Virus record (IMG/VR): IMGVR_UViG_3300046477_000550
From: a virus
DNA length: 64,000 nt
Strand: one strand, 5' to 3'
The notes below the pieces were generated by a model. It was not told where the DNA came from and searched no databases. It worked only from the letters and a program-made list of their open reading frames with translations. This document shows positions 8,711-16,332 of the stretch, piece by piece. The translations under genes were made by a program, and so were the position numbers. Position 1 is the first letter of the stretch, and every line of letters begins with the position of its first letter.

Positions 8711-10238
8711 CGACACCACCTCCCGGCAGTGATTCGAGCGCCTCACACAGGCGGCGCCGGTACAGGTCGCGGGCGGACTCGCGGGGTGGGTCGGCGCCCG
8801 GCGGCGGCTGACCTGCGGCCACCGCCTGCAACTGGGGCGGAACTGGGACCGGTTCCGGCTTCTGGACCGTTACCGGTTCGCCGTGTGCCGGGTCGGCCGG
8901 TTCCAAGGCGGTGCCACGCAGCTTGTTGGCGATGTTCGCCTTGCTCGCAGCGTCCATGTCCGCCCACTTGACCAGGTTTTCCCGGTCCACGAGCACGGCC
9001 TGGTCGCCACCGTCGACGGCAGGTTCGCCAATGTCGGCGCGGTAGCGGTCGAGCGTCCAGGAGCCGTTACGGAGCCGTGTGTCGCGGATCTTCTCGACGG
9101 TCTCACTGTCGCGCATGTCGACATCACGGAACTTCAGCTTCCAGCCCTCGACGCCGAACCCGTTCTTCGCCAGGTGGAAGTTGAGGGCTTCCAGGACCAG
9201 TTCGGCGAGCGGCTGGCAGGTGTTGAGCATGAAGGTGCGGTCCTGCGCCTCACCCGTTCCGCCACCCAAGTTGCCGCTTTCGATGATGCCGACCTTCGAC
9301 GGGGGCACACCGTAGGAGGCGATGATCTCGTCGCGCTTCTGGTTGAGGAACGCCAGGTAGTCCATGGTGCGGGACTGCGACAGCTCATCGACTGTCGCGC
9401 CGCCCTTGGTGTTGATCGGGTTGCCGATGTTGCGGGGTCCGATGTTGCGCTGTTGATACTGCGCGTTCCACCGGTTGATGTCCCCCGGCGAGGCCCCGGC
9501 CGGGTGGTCCACGTGCAGGACCGGCGGGCAGCCCTTCCGGAAGATCTCCTTCGACGTAGCAGCCGAGAAAAGCCACGACACGATCGGCAGCATCGCGGCC
9601 TGCGTCGGGCTGACACCGAACACCCCGGAGCGCGGCGAATCCAGCGAGATGTGGATGACGTCGCGCGGCTCGAACGTGGCCCGCTGGCCCAGCTCGGTCA
9701 CCTGCACATAGCTGGTGATCGTGCCGTGCTCGTCGGCGATCGGCAGCATCGACGGGCAGTCCAGCGAATACAGGGCCACCGGCTGCTTACCGACCCACAC
9801 CACCTCAATGAACGCGTCACCGAAGACGAGGAGGTCGGTGATGACGCCGCGGAGGATCTGCCGGATGTTCTCCCGCGGATTGCAGTAGCCGATCATCCGC
9901 TCCAGCAGCAGCACCTGCTGCGGCTTGTCCGGCTGCTCGTCGTCGCCTTCACCGTCATCGGTATCCCAGTCGGTGACGAGACCGCCCGCGGTGATGGTGC
10001 GGGAGATGGCGTTGACGGACGCCCACGACCAGGGGCAGGCGAGATAGGCCTCGTAGAGCTGGTTGAGCGTCGAGCGGCGGTCGGACTGGGTGGCCGCGCC
10101 GATGCCCTGGTTGGATTCGGTGAGGCCGCCGGGGCTGATGCCGTACTCGTAGCCCGCACGTTCCGGAAGCTTCGCCGGGGCGGTCTCCAGTACTTCGTCG
10201 CTGGAGCGCAGGCCGTTCCACCAGGTGCGCAGACTCAT
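8694..10238 (-). CDS. portal protein
   Basis: 514 aa with an ATGA overlap onto the terminase stop. Size and position are typical of a portal. Central conserved-looking core (FGDAFIEVVW, SPRSGVFGVSP). Confidence 0.85.
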   Translation of the reverse strand: MSLRTWWNGLRSSDEVLETAPAKLPERAGYEYGISPGGLTESNQGIGAATQSDRRSTLNQLYEAYLACPWSWASVNAISRTITAGGLVTDWDTDDGEGDDEQPDKPQQVLLLERMIGYCNPRENIRQILRGVITDLLVFGDAFIEVVWVGKQPVALYSLDCPSMLPIADEHGTITSYVQVTELGQRATFEPRDVIHISLDSPRSGVFGVSPTQAAMLPIVSWLFSAATSKEIFRKGCPPVLHVDHPAGASPGDINRWNAQYQQRNIGPRNIGNPINTKGGATVDELSQSRTMDYLAFLNQKRDEIIASYGVPPSKVGIIESGNLGGGTGEAQDRTFMLNTCQPLAELVLEALNFHLAKNGFGVEGWKLKFRDVDMRDSETVEKIRDTRLRNGSWTLDRYRADIGEPAVDGGDQAVLVDRENLVKWADMDAASKANIANKLRGTALEPADPAHGEPVTVQKPEPVPVPPQLQAVAAGQPPPGADPPRESARDLYRRRLCEALESLPGGGVDEHAA

Positions 10239-11563
10239 GGGGCTTCCACCGTCCCCCCGGCGCGCGGCGCGTCATCGTCGTCGAACCACCAGGCGTCATC
10301 GTTCGGTGCGGTCTCCGCGGGGCGGACGGCCATCGTCGGGCCAAGCGGCTGCAGCACCTCGCCGATGGGCGCGGTCGGAACGTCGTCGAGGATGACGAAT
10401 TCCGGGCCGGTGCCGAGGTTGGACAAGAGATAGCGAACAGCGTCGCTCGCATGATCATCTGCTGTGGTGTCGGCGTCCTCGGGGTCGCCCTTGGTGGCGT
10501 GCGGCAGGTTCGACAGCTCCCGGTACAGCTCGGTGACCGTCGAGAACATGTGCAGCTTCGGGCAGGTCGTCCAGCCGTGAGCCCGGTGGTGCGCACAGGC
10601 GGGCGCCTCGCCGAGGTAGGAGTGGACTCGCTGCCAGCCGTTGACGCGGCTCCCGGCGCCCTTGCCGGCCGGGGAGAGGTGTACGCCGTTGTCGGCGTAC
10701 ACCGAGGAGATCGGTTTGGCGTCGCCGCGGGTGGCCCACATGGCGTCGTCGGCGTACCGCACGGCGACATGTTCGCCGTCGGCTTCCGCTGCGAGGATCT
10801 GCTTGGCCTGCTCGTTTTCGCCGATGCCCCGCTGGTATATCTCCCGGTAGACCCAGACACGGCCGTCTTCGTCAACGGCTGCCCACAGGACAGCCCAGGG
10901 GGCGCTGAAGCCCCAGTCGATGCCGTTGTACCGCCGCCACGAGGCGGGCAGTGCGATCGGCTCGATGACGTGCCGGTCGCGCTTCAGCTCGGGGAACATC
11001 ATTCCGGCGAACACGTCCCAGTCACCGTCCAGGAAGGCGGAGCGGAGTTTGCCGTCGAGGGCTTGGAGGTCTTGGGCGTACTCGGGGTTGACGTGCGGGT
11101 TGTCGGACAGCTTGGACGGGATGAAGCGCACGGTGCGGTTGCGGATGTCGGTGACGACGTTCGCCCCGTAGTTCGTGGGCTCGATATAGCGGGCCTTGAC
11201 CGCGCCGTGGCCGGGGCCTCCCGGGTTGGTTCCGGAGCGGATCCCGAGGACGGGGATGTCGCGGCGGCCGGAGCGGAGGCGGGACTCCAGGAAGGAGCAC
11301 ACGTCGGGCGGGGTCAGGGTCCGCTCGTCGAAGATGAGCAGCTGGTACTGGCCGCCCTGACGCCGGGTGGCGTCCTGGACAGTCTCGGCATACCGGAACA
11401 TGATCAGGCTGCCGTTCGGGAACCGCAGCTCGTACTCGGTACCGTTCCAGCGAGCCCCAAGATCCTTCGCGAAGTTGAGGTTGACCAACTCGGCGATGAG
11501 CGACTCTTTCAGCTCGCCGTAGGTGCGGCGGAAGGCGCCGACGCGCAGCCCCGGGTACTGCAT
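10235..11563 (-). CDS. terL: terminase large subunit, main part (frame-disrupted gene, part 2)
   Basis: Walker B-like YQLLIFDE. Nuclease-domain motifs GIDWGFSAPW and DDHASDAVRY. The same frame continues upstream as GKSRALTAHAIREC, up to the break at about 11600. Confidence 0.85.
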   Translation of the reverse strand: MQYPGLRVGAFRRTYGELKESLIAELVNLNFAKDLGARWNGTEYELRFPNGSLIMFRYAETVQDATRRQGGQYQLLIFDERTLTPPDVCSFLESRLRSGRRDIPVLGIRSGTNPGGPGHGAVKARYIEPTNYGANVVTDIRNRTVRFIPSKLSDNPHVNPEYAQDLQALDGKLRSAFLDGDWDVFAGMMFPELKRDRHVIEPIALPASWRRYNGIDWGFSAPWAVLWAAVDEDGRVWVYREIYQRGIGENEQAKQILAAEADGEHVAVRYADDAMWATRGDAKPISSVYADNGVHLSPAGKGAGSRVNGWQRVHSYLGEAPACAHHRAHGWTTCPKLHMFSTVTELYRELSNLPHATKGDPEDADTTADDHASDAVRYLLSNLGTGPEFVILDDVPTAPIGEVLQPLGPTMAVRPAETAPNDDAWWFDDDDAPRAGGTVEAP

Positions 11564-11586
11564 ACACTCCCGGATCGCGTGCGCGG

Positions 11587-11757
11587 TCAGCGCCCTACTT
11601 TTCCCCCACCAGCCGCCCCACCGAACAGCACATCGAACTCGGTCGCGGCGTGGAACTCGTGCTGCTTCGGTGTCGGTATGTAGCCGAGCTGCCCGAATAC
11701 GTCCTTCGGCTCGAAGGCCTGGGCTGCGAACTCAGCCCATTCGAGGGTGGCGGACAT
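11587..11757 (-). CDS. terL: terminase large subunit, N-terminal fragment with Walker A (part 1)
   Basis: ATG at 11757 with AAGGAGG RBS. Reads MSATLEW...PKQHEFHAATEFDVLFGGAAGGGK, then stops 3 codons after the frame break. Confidence 0.7.
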   Translation of the reverse strand: MSATLEWAEFAAQAFEPKDVFGQLGYIPTPKQHEFHAATEFDVLFGGAAGGGKVGR

Positions 11758-11773
11758 CCGCAGCCTCCTTGCT

Positions 11774-12445
11774 TCAGGCCGAGGCGAGCGCCCGCAGATG
11801 CCTGGGGACAATCTCGGGAACGCGGGCTTGCTGCTCCGTTGTCAGCTGGAGGTCGCCGAGGATCGCTCGGATGGCCTGCGCGATCAGGGCGCCCTGCGAC
11901 TCCGCCAGCCGGATCCGCCGCTCTTCGATGCCGGCCTTGATGGCTTGGGAGCACACCGTGACGAGGTGCGAGCGTTCCTGCTGGTAGAGCTTCAGCCACA
12001 CGTTGGGGACGGCTTCCGAGGTGGTTCCGTAGTCCTCCCCGCCCGACTTCTCCTTGGTGATGCCCCAGACGAGGGGATGCCCAGTGTCCGTTCCGGCAAC
12101 GACTGTGGCGGATTCGATCTCTTGCACGCGTTCGCGGAGCCATGCGACATGGCCGGCGGTCCACTGCACTTCGTCCAGCAAGGCTTCGCTGGCCGTGGTT
12201 TCGATCTTGCGGCCGTAGGTTTCCACGAGCACCCGGGCCTTCTCCTCGGTGAGCCGTTCCTCGGCCTTGGCGAGGTTCTGAGGCGCCATTCCGCCATGGT
12301 TTTTACACACGTTCTGGCCGCGCATCGCGATCTGCCCGCACTGGTCGCCAGTGTTTTTGCGTCCCCAGCAGCGGCGTTGCCCGCTGGGGCGGAGTTCTTC
12401 GAAGCCTTCCGGTAGCTGGCGGCCCCACCCTCTGTCGGTGGCCAT
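11774..12445 (-). CDS. terminase small subunit-like DNA-binding protein
   Basis: ATG at 12445 (TGATG overlap). Zinc-ribbon-like RCWGRKNTGDQCGQIAMRGQNVCKNHGG. Lies immediately upstream of terL. Confidence 0.5.
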   Translation of the reverse strand: MATDRGWGRQLPEGFEELRPSGQRRCWGRKNTGDQCGQIAMRGQNVCKNHGGMAPQNLAKAEERLTEEKARVLVETYGRKIETTASEALLDEVQWTAGHVAWLRERVQEIESATVVAGTDTGHPLVWGITKEKSGGEDYGTTSEAVPNVWLKLYQQERSHLVTVCSQAIKAGIEERRIRLAESQGALIAQAIRAILGDLQLTTEQQARVPEIVPRHLRALASA

Positions 12446-12897
12446 CACGCGCCGCCGGTCTGCCAGTGCGCGGGCAGGGAGGAGGCAGGCTCGGGCTCGG
12501 CGACGGGCTCGGGCGGCGCTTCGGCGGTGCAGTCGCAGCCGTGCATGCCGTCCCCATTGGGGGCGGTGCAGCGGGCCTCGTGGACGAGCGCGGCATCGTC
12601 CATGGTGATCGCATGCTCCGCGCAGGCGTACACAGTGCGGGTGTCGTCGGAGCCGTCGGGTAGCGGCGGGAAGACGGGCGGCGGGAGCTGCTTGTCGGCC
12701 AGCAGTAGCGCCTGCTCGCGGCGCTCCCGCTCCAGGCGGACATGCTCGGCGAGTTCGTCGTCGGTCAGACGGCGCCGCCAGTTGACGACCGCAGTGTCGC
12801 CGCATGCACCACAGACGGGCCCGGTCGGCGCGGCCGGGGCTACCGCTTCAAGGGCTGGGGCCGGTGCAGGATCGGGCTTCGGGTTGAGGGCGTCCAT
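12445..12897 (-). CDS. Cys-containing hypothetical protein
   Basis: 150-aa ORF with CGACGD and CDC motifs. Translationally coupled to the next gene. Confidence 0.5.
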   Translation of the reverse strand: MDALNPKPDPAPAPALEAVAPAAPTGPVCGACGDTAVVNWRRRLTDDELAEHVRLERERREQALLLADKQLPPPVFPPLPDGSDDTRTVYACAEHAITMDDAALVHEARCTAPNGDGMHGCDCTAEAPPEPVAEPEPASSLPAHWQTGGA

Positions 12898-12907
12898 GCC
12901 GGCCTCC

Positions 12908-13228
12908 TTACGTGACGGTGAGCTGCCCGATCGGGATGACGGGCTGCTCTGGGTTGTCGGTGATGCGGATGAAGATCGCGTACATGCCAGGGGTCAGTGT
13001 CGGGCCGGTACTGCCAGGGCCGATCAGAACTTGCGCCCGGTAGGCGGTGCTGCCCGAGATCGGGCCGGTGCCGTCCCAGCCGCCCGGATACCAGGTCACG
13101 GGGCGTCCGGACACTTCGGTGAACGCGAACTCGACGGTGTCGCCGGTCGGGTTGTACGGCTCGCCCTGCATGCTGGCCTTGACTGCGGCCTCAACGAATT
13201 CGCGGGAGGAGCGGTCGATTCGCTGCAC
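12908..13228 (-). CDS. hypothetical protein (Ig-like, beta-rich)
   Basis: 106-aa ORF reading ...TVEFAFTEVSGRPVTWYPGGWDG...MYAIFIRITD. Confidence 0.55.
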   Translation of the reverse strand: MQRIDRSSREFVEAAVKASMQGEPYNPTGDTVEFAFTEVSGRPVTWYPGGWDGTGPISGSTAYRAQVLIGPGSTGPTLTPGMYAIFIRITDNPEQPVIPIGQLTVT

Positions 13229-13247
13229 CCGGCTCCCCCTCTCCTGT

Positions 13248-14498
13248 TCAGTTGTCGGCGTCCCAGCGGGTCCCCGTCAGCTGTGGTTGCCACCGGCCGG
13301 GCCGATCCGAGGCGGCCCAGCCCGGGCCGATGAGTTCGGCCTGCCACCGGGCGGGCCCGTCCTCGGCATCCCACCGGAGGTGAGGGCCGGTGACGTGGAA
13401 CAGCGGGGCGGCCTGCCCCCCGGCCTGCCCCCCGGTCGGTACGGCGCCGGTGAATGCCCCGCCGCGGATGGGCAGCAGGCGCCGCCGATGCGACCGGACA
13501 AACGGCACGGGCCACGCCGCCGCCTGTGCCTGCTGAAGCACGGGGGCGGCTATCCGGCCCCGTCGTGCCGCCGCCACGCGGGTTGCCCGCCGCGACAGCC
13601 ACGCGGGCACCCATGCGGGTGCGGTAGGCGCTACGCCGGCGGGCGCGATCCTGGTGAACATGCCGCGGCGTGCCGGGGCCACGCGTCGTGCAGGCTGCCT
13701 GTACGGGGCCTGTACGGGCGGTACGGGACCGGTCGGAGCGGGTGTGGGGGTGAAGTAGTCGCTGCGTCGCCCGCACAGGGGGCGTGGGCGACGCGCGGAC
13801 AGGTATCCGGGCGGCGCGGGCTGCTGTGCGGGAGCGGCTGCGGGCTGGGGCGTCCAGGTGAACCGGCCGCGGCGAAGGAACGCCAGCCGGATGCGCGGGC
13901 GGACCGGCTGCGGTGCGGCAGCCGGGGCAGTGCCGGCGGGCGGCACGGGTAGAAAGATGCCGCGGCGCCCACCTGTGGAACGCAGACGGCTCCGGGAGAC
14001 CGTACCGGGCGCCCAGGCCGGGGTGGCGGGTGCTGCTACTTGGGGCGGGGTCCAGGTGAACTCGCCCCGGCGTGCGAACAGGGCCCGCAGGCGCGGGCGC
14101 GACATCTGCGGCACCGTCGACGGCTGGGTGGGCGCTGCTGTCGGGGGTGTCCAGGTGTAGTGGCCCCGCTGGGCGGGGAGTGAGCGGCGGCGCGCGGAGG
14201 GCGCCCGGACTGGCGGTGCCGGGGTGAGCCATGGCGGGTCGAAGTAGTCCCGGCGCCGGACTTGGACCAGCCGGACCGTTACGCGCCGGATGAAGCCGGG
14301 GACGGCGGCCGGCGCAGCCGGGGCGGACGGCGGGGGCGGTGCGGTGAAGGAGCGGCCTCGCCGGAGCCACAGAGCCCGGGGGCGCCGCCCCTCGACGAAA
14401 GCCGGAGCCCAGGGCGGCACCTGGGCCGTCTGCTGGGCTGGAGGAACGTATTGGAATCTGCCGCGGCGGACATAAGGGCCGCGCCACCGCCGCGACAT
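13248..14498 (-). CDS. Arg/Pro-rich tandem-repeat protein
   Basis: ATG at 14498 with GAGGAG 10 nt upstream. 416 aa containing about ten units of ~32 aa (R-rich...RRG-x-F-x-W-T-P-P...AP-rich). Other frames of this region are also open, so the frame is chosen on the RBS and operon context. Confidence 0.55.
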   Translation of the reverse strand: MSRRWRGPYVRRGRFQYVPPAQQTAQVPPWAPAFVEGRRPRALWLRRGRSFTAPPPPSAPAAPAAVPGFIRRVTVRLVQVRRRDYFDPPWLTPAPPVRAPSARRRSLPAQRGHYTWTPPTAAPTQPSTVPQMSRPRLRALFARRGEFTWTPPQVAAPATPAWAPGTVSRSRLRSTGGRRGIFLPVPPAGTAPAAAPQPVRPRIRLAFLRRGRFTWTPQPAAAPAQQPAPPGYLSARRPRPLCGRRSDYFTPTPAPTGPVPPVQAPYRQPARRVAPARRGMFTRIAPAGVAPTAPAWVPAWLSRRATRVAAARRGRIAAPVLQQAQAAAWPVPFVRSHRRRLLPIRGGAFTGAVPTGGQAGGQAAPLFHVTGPHLRWDAEDGPARWQAELIGPGWAASDRPGRWQPQLTGTRWDADN

Positions 14499-14505
14499 GG
14501 GCTAT

Positions 14506-14973
14506 CTACTCCTCGTACTCGACGGCCAGGACCAGGGAGTGGTTCGCGGGCAGCGCGGTGACCCGGTTGACGAAGACGAGCGGGTTGGCGGTGCCGACGT
14601 CGGAGAGGAACTCCTCCATCAGTTCCCACGGCAGGTCGACGCCGCTCTGGGAGTTGAACGCGACCCGGAAGGCGTCCGCGGCGGCGAGCGTGGGGGCGAC
14701 GGACCAGACCGTGTCCAGGCCGGTGATGCCGGACGCCCCGGAGCGGGGATCGAGCCGCTGCCCGGTGACGGTAGTGCTGGCGGTGCCGCGTGCGGTGCCG
14801 CGGTTGATGGCCACCACGACTTGCTGCGAGGTGATCGAGCCGGACGCGACGGCGATACCGAGGGTGACTCGCCGCAGCTTGCAGGCGACGGCCGCGGCGG
14901 GCACGAGTGCGGCGAAGGCCGTGTCGACGGCGAGCGCCGCCGCGGACGTCACCTGCGCGTTGTAGCGGGCCAT
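14506..14973 (-). CDS. hypothetical beta-rich protein
   Basis: ATG at 14973 with GAAGGGA RBS. 155 aa reading MARYNAQVTSAAAL...LVLAVEYEE. Confidence 0.55.
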   Translation of the reverse strand: MARYNAQVTSAAALAVDTAFAALVPAAAVACKLRRVTLGIAVASGSITSQQVVVAINRGTARGTASTTVTGQRLDPRSGASGITGLDTVWSVAPTLAAADAFRVAFNSQSGVDLPWELMEEFLSDVGTANPLVFVNRVTALPANHSLVLAVEYEE

Positions 14974-14984
14974 TGCGGTCCCTT

Positions 14985-15554
14985 CTAGAAGTAGCTGCCG
15001 TATTGGCTGAGCGTGCTGGGGGTTTTGGTGGCGCTGCCGGCGGACACGTCCGCGCCGGTGAAGTCGTCGAACTTCAACAGGGGCGACGATTCGGCGCGGA
15101 GGCCGGTGCTGGTTCCGGTCGTAACAGCCGTGTTGGTGACGGTGACGCGGGCGACGTTGTTGACGTAGCCGGTGATCGTCGAGCCGACGGCCTGGACCTT
15201 GGCGATGTCGCCTGCGACGGCCGCCCCGGCGAAGGAGCCGATGCTGGTGAAGCTGCCGCCGACGTTCGAGAAGAGCACCCACGAGGTGCCGTCATTTCTC
15301 CACAAGTAGCCCTGCGTGAAGCCGGTGTTGCCGCGACACCACACGCCGTGGGAGACGGCGCCGGTGGCGGCGATCGTGGTCTGTGCCGAGTTGTCGTTGG
15401 TGGCCATCGCGGTGGCGGCACGGATGACGATCGTGCCGCCTGCGCTGCCCGGGGAGAGCTGATTGGAGACGATCGTCCAGAGGCCGGTCCCGTCAACCCA
15501 GCCCGCTCCGGGTGCGCCGTTGGCCCGGTTGAAGTCGTCGGTGAAGGTGGTCAC
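14985..15554 (-). CDS. LamG/concanavalin-like domain protein
   Basis: GTG at 15554 with GAGGAGG RBS. The FTDDFNRANGAPGAGW...W start and the beta-sandwich pattern are typical of LamG-like jelly-roll proteins. Confidence 0.55.
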   Translation of the reverse strand: MTTFTDDFNRANGAPGAGWVDGTGLWTIVSNQLSPGSAGGTIVIRAATAMATNDNSAQTTIAATGAVSHGVWCRGNTGFTQGYLWRNDGTSWVLFSNVGGSFTSIGSFAGAAVAGDIAKVQAVGSTITGYVNNVARVTVTNTAVTTGTSTGLRAESSPLLKFDDFTGADVSAGSATKTPSTLSQYGSYF

Positions 15555-15588
15555 GACGGCCTCCTCGGGTGGGGCGCCGCGTGGCGGG

Positions 15589-15741
15589 TCAGTGGTGTTG
15601 CAGCGTGTGCACGGTCGTCGGCAGCAGCCAGAAGGCGAGCCCCGCGTAGGCCATGCGGTCGCGGTGCGGAACGCTCGCCGGGAGCAGCGCGGCGAGGACC
15701 AGGAGGACGAAGCCGAAGCTGTAGCAGACGATTTCGAGCAC
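15589..15741 (-). CDS. small membrane protein
   Basis: GTG at 15741 with GGAGA RBS. 50 aa with two hydrophobic segments. Confidence 0.4.
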   Translation of the reverse strand: MLEIVCYSFGFVLLVLAALLPASVPHRDRMAYAGLAFWLLPTTVHTLQHH

Positions 15742-15755
15742 GGCATCTCCAGGTG

Positions 15756-15923
15756 TCAGCGGCGCCGGATGCTGCGCCAGGCGTGCGGAACGTCGACGAC
15801 GAGCAGGCAGCCGACCGCGCACAGTCCGAGCGGCAGCACGACGACGCCGACGGGGACGACTTCGAGCAGCAGGAAGACGAACAGGCAGGCGGCGGTGAAG
15901 GCGAGGCGGGAGCGGGGGCGCAT
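15756..15923 (-). CDS. small membrane protein
   Basis: ATG at 15923. 55 aa, hydrophobic (AACLFVFLLLEVVPVGVVVLPLGLCAVGCLLVV). The longer track ORF would overlap the tRNA-like element. Confidence 0.4.
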   Translation of the reverse strand: MRPRSRLAFTAACLFVFLLLEVVPVGVVVLPLGLCAVGCLLVVDVPHAWRSIRRR

Positions 15924-15938
15924 GGTCACCGCCCGTCG

Positions 15939-16010
15939 TTGGCCCGGCAGGACTTGAACCTGCAACTCGCGGCTGGGGGCCGCTGCTCTGCCGTTTGAGC
16001 TATCGGGCCA
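15939..16010 (-). tRNA. tRNA-like sequence with aberrant anticodon arm (possible pseudo-tRNA, Gly-CCC if a 4-bp stem is allowed)
   Basis: Same acceptor stem as the Ile tRNA (UGGCCCG/CGGGCCA). Good D arm (GCUC/GAGC) and T arm (GCAGG-UUCAAGU-CCUGC). However, there is an extra A after the acceptor stem, and the GCGGC/GCCGC stem encloses only CCCCA. Confidence 0.4.
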
Positions 16011-16063
16011 AAGCGACCGCCGGTTCGCGGGGCGAAGATCCGCGACTAACCGGCGACCACCCG

Positions 16064-16094
16064 AGGACGCTCTAGGCCACTGAGCTACCAGCAG
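16064..16094 (-). pseudogene. tRNA 5' fragment (acceptor strand plus D arm only)
   Basis: CUGCUGG-UA-GCUC-AGUGGCCUA-GAGC, with no matching anticodon or T arm downstream. Confidence 0.35.
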
Positions 16095-16113
16095 GCCGCG
16101 CGCGGCCCTTTCT

Positions 16114-16150
16114 GTGGCTGGACGGGATTTGAACCCGCGCCTTCCCCTAC
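16114..16150 (-). pseudogene. tRNA 3' fragment (T arm plus acceptor 3' strand only)
   Basis: GGGGA-AGGCG-CGGG-UUCAAAU-CCCG-U-CCAGCCA. It starts 2 nt after the tRNA-Ile 3' end, so there is no room for a 5' half. Confidence 0.4.
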
Positions 16151-16151
16151 G

Positions 16152-16225
16152 TTGGCCCGCCAGGTCTCGAACCTGGCGCCTCCGCCTTATCAGGACGGCG
16201 CTCTAACCAGATGAGCTACGGGCCA
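16152..16225 (-). tRNA. tRNA-Ile (anticodon GAU)
   Basis: Full cloverleaf drawn by hand. Acceptor UGGCCCG/CGGGCCA, D arm GCUC-AUCUGGUUA-GAGC, anticodon arm CCGUC-CUGAUAA-GGCGG, T arm CCAGG-UUCGAGA-CCUGG, discriminator A. CCA is not encoded. Confidence 0.85.
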
Positions 16226-16290
16226 CCACTGTCTATCGGCTTCGTCCAGGCTAGCTGTTGCCCGACCCTGGGCTGATCGGTTTCCTGGTT

Positions 16291-16328
16291 CCGCCGTCGG
16301 CCGCGACCCTCGACGCGGCGGACGGCGG
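16291..16328 (-). terminator. stem-loop downstream of the 16333 gene
   Basis: CCGCCGTC..CCGCG-loop-CGCGG..GACGGCGG, 13 paired positions, immediately after the stop. No clear U tract. Confidence 0.45.
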
Positions 16329-16332
16329 ACGA

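Noticed and set aside
13047-14487. Alternative frames across the repeat region: 13096-14487 on the minus strand (463 aa) and 13047-13952 on the plus strand.
   Set aside because: All frames are open here because the DNA is a G+C-rich tandem repeat. Only the 13248-14498 frame has an RBS and fits the stop/start spacing of its neighbours. Residual doubt is noted in the corresponding finding.
15589-15923. Two small membrane proteins before the virion module, considered as a holin pair or lysis cassette.
   Set aside because: No endolysin, amidase or glycosidase-like gene is present anywhere in the window, so a lysis assignment has no support beyond hydrophobicity.
16064-16150. A circularly permuted or split tRNA: the 3' half (16114-16150) lies upstream of a 5' half (16064-16094). 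The two could pair over 5 bp of acceptor stem and a TCCUC/GGGGA anticodon stem.
   Set aside because: The would-be anticodon loop would start GGGUGG, with no U33 or pyrimidine-32 context. Two acceptor pairs mismatch. Bacteria and their phages lack the splicing and circularisation machinery needed. Fragments of a rearranged tandem array are a simpler explanation.
16114-16150. The tRNA 3' fragment as an attP core. Phages often carry the 3' end of the host tRNA gene they integrate into.
   Set aside because: No integrase gene is adjacent or anywhere in the window. The acceptor strand CCAGCCA would pair with a 5' strand beginning with U, as in this element's own tRNA-Ile (UGGCCCG), so from what the sequence shows I cannot link it to a host tRNA. 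This cannot be tested without the host genome.
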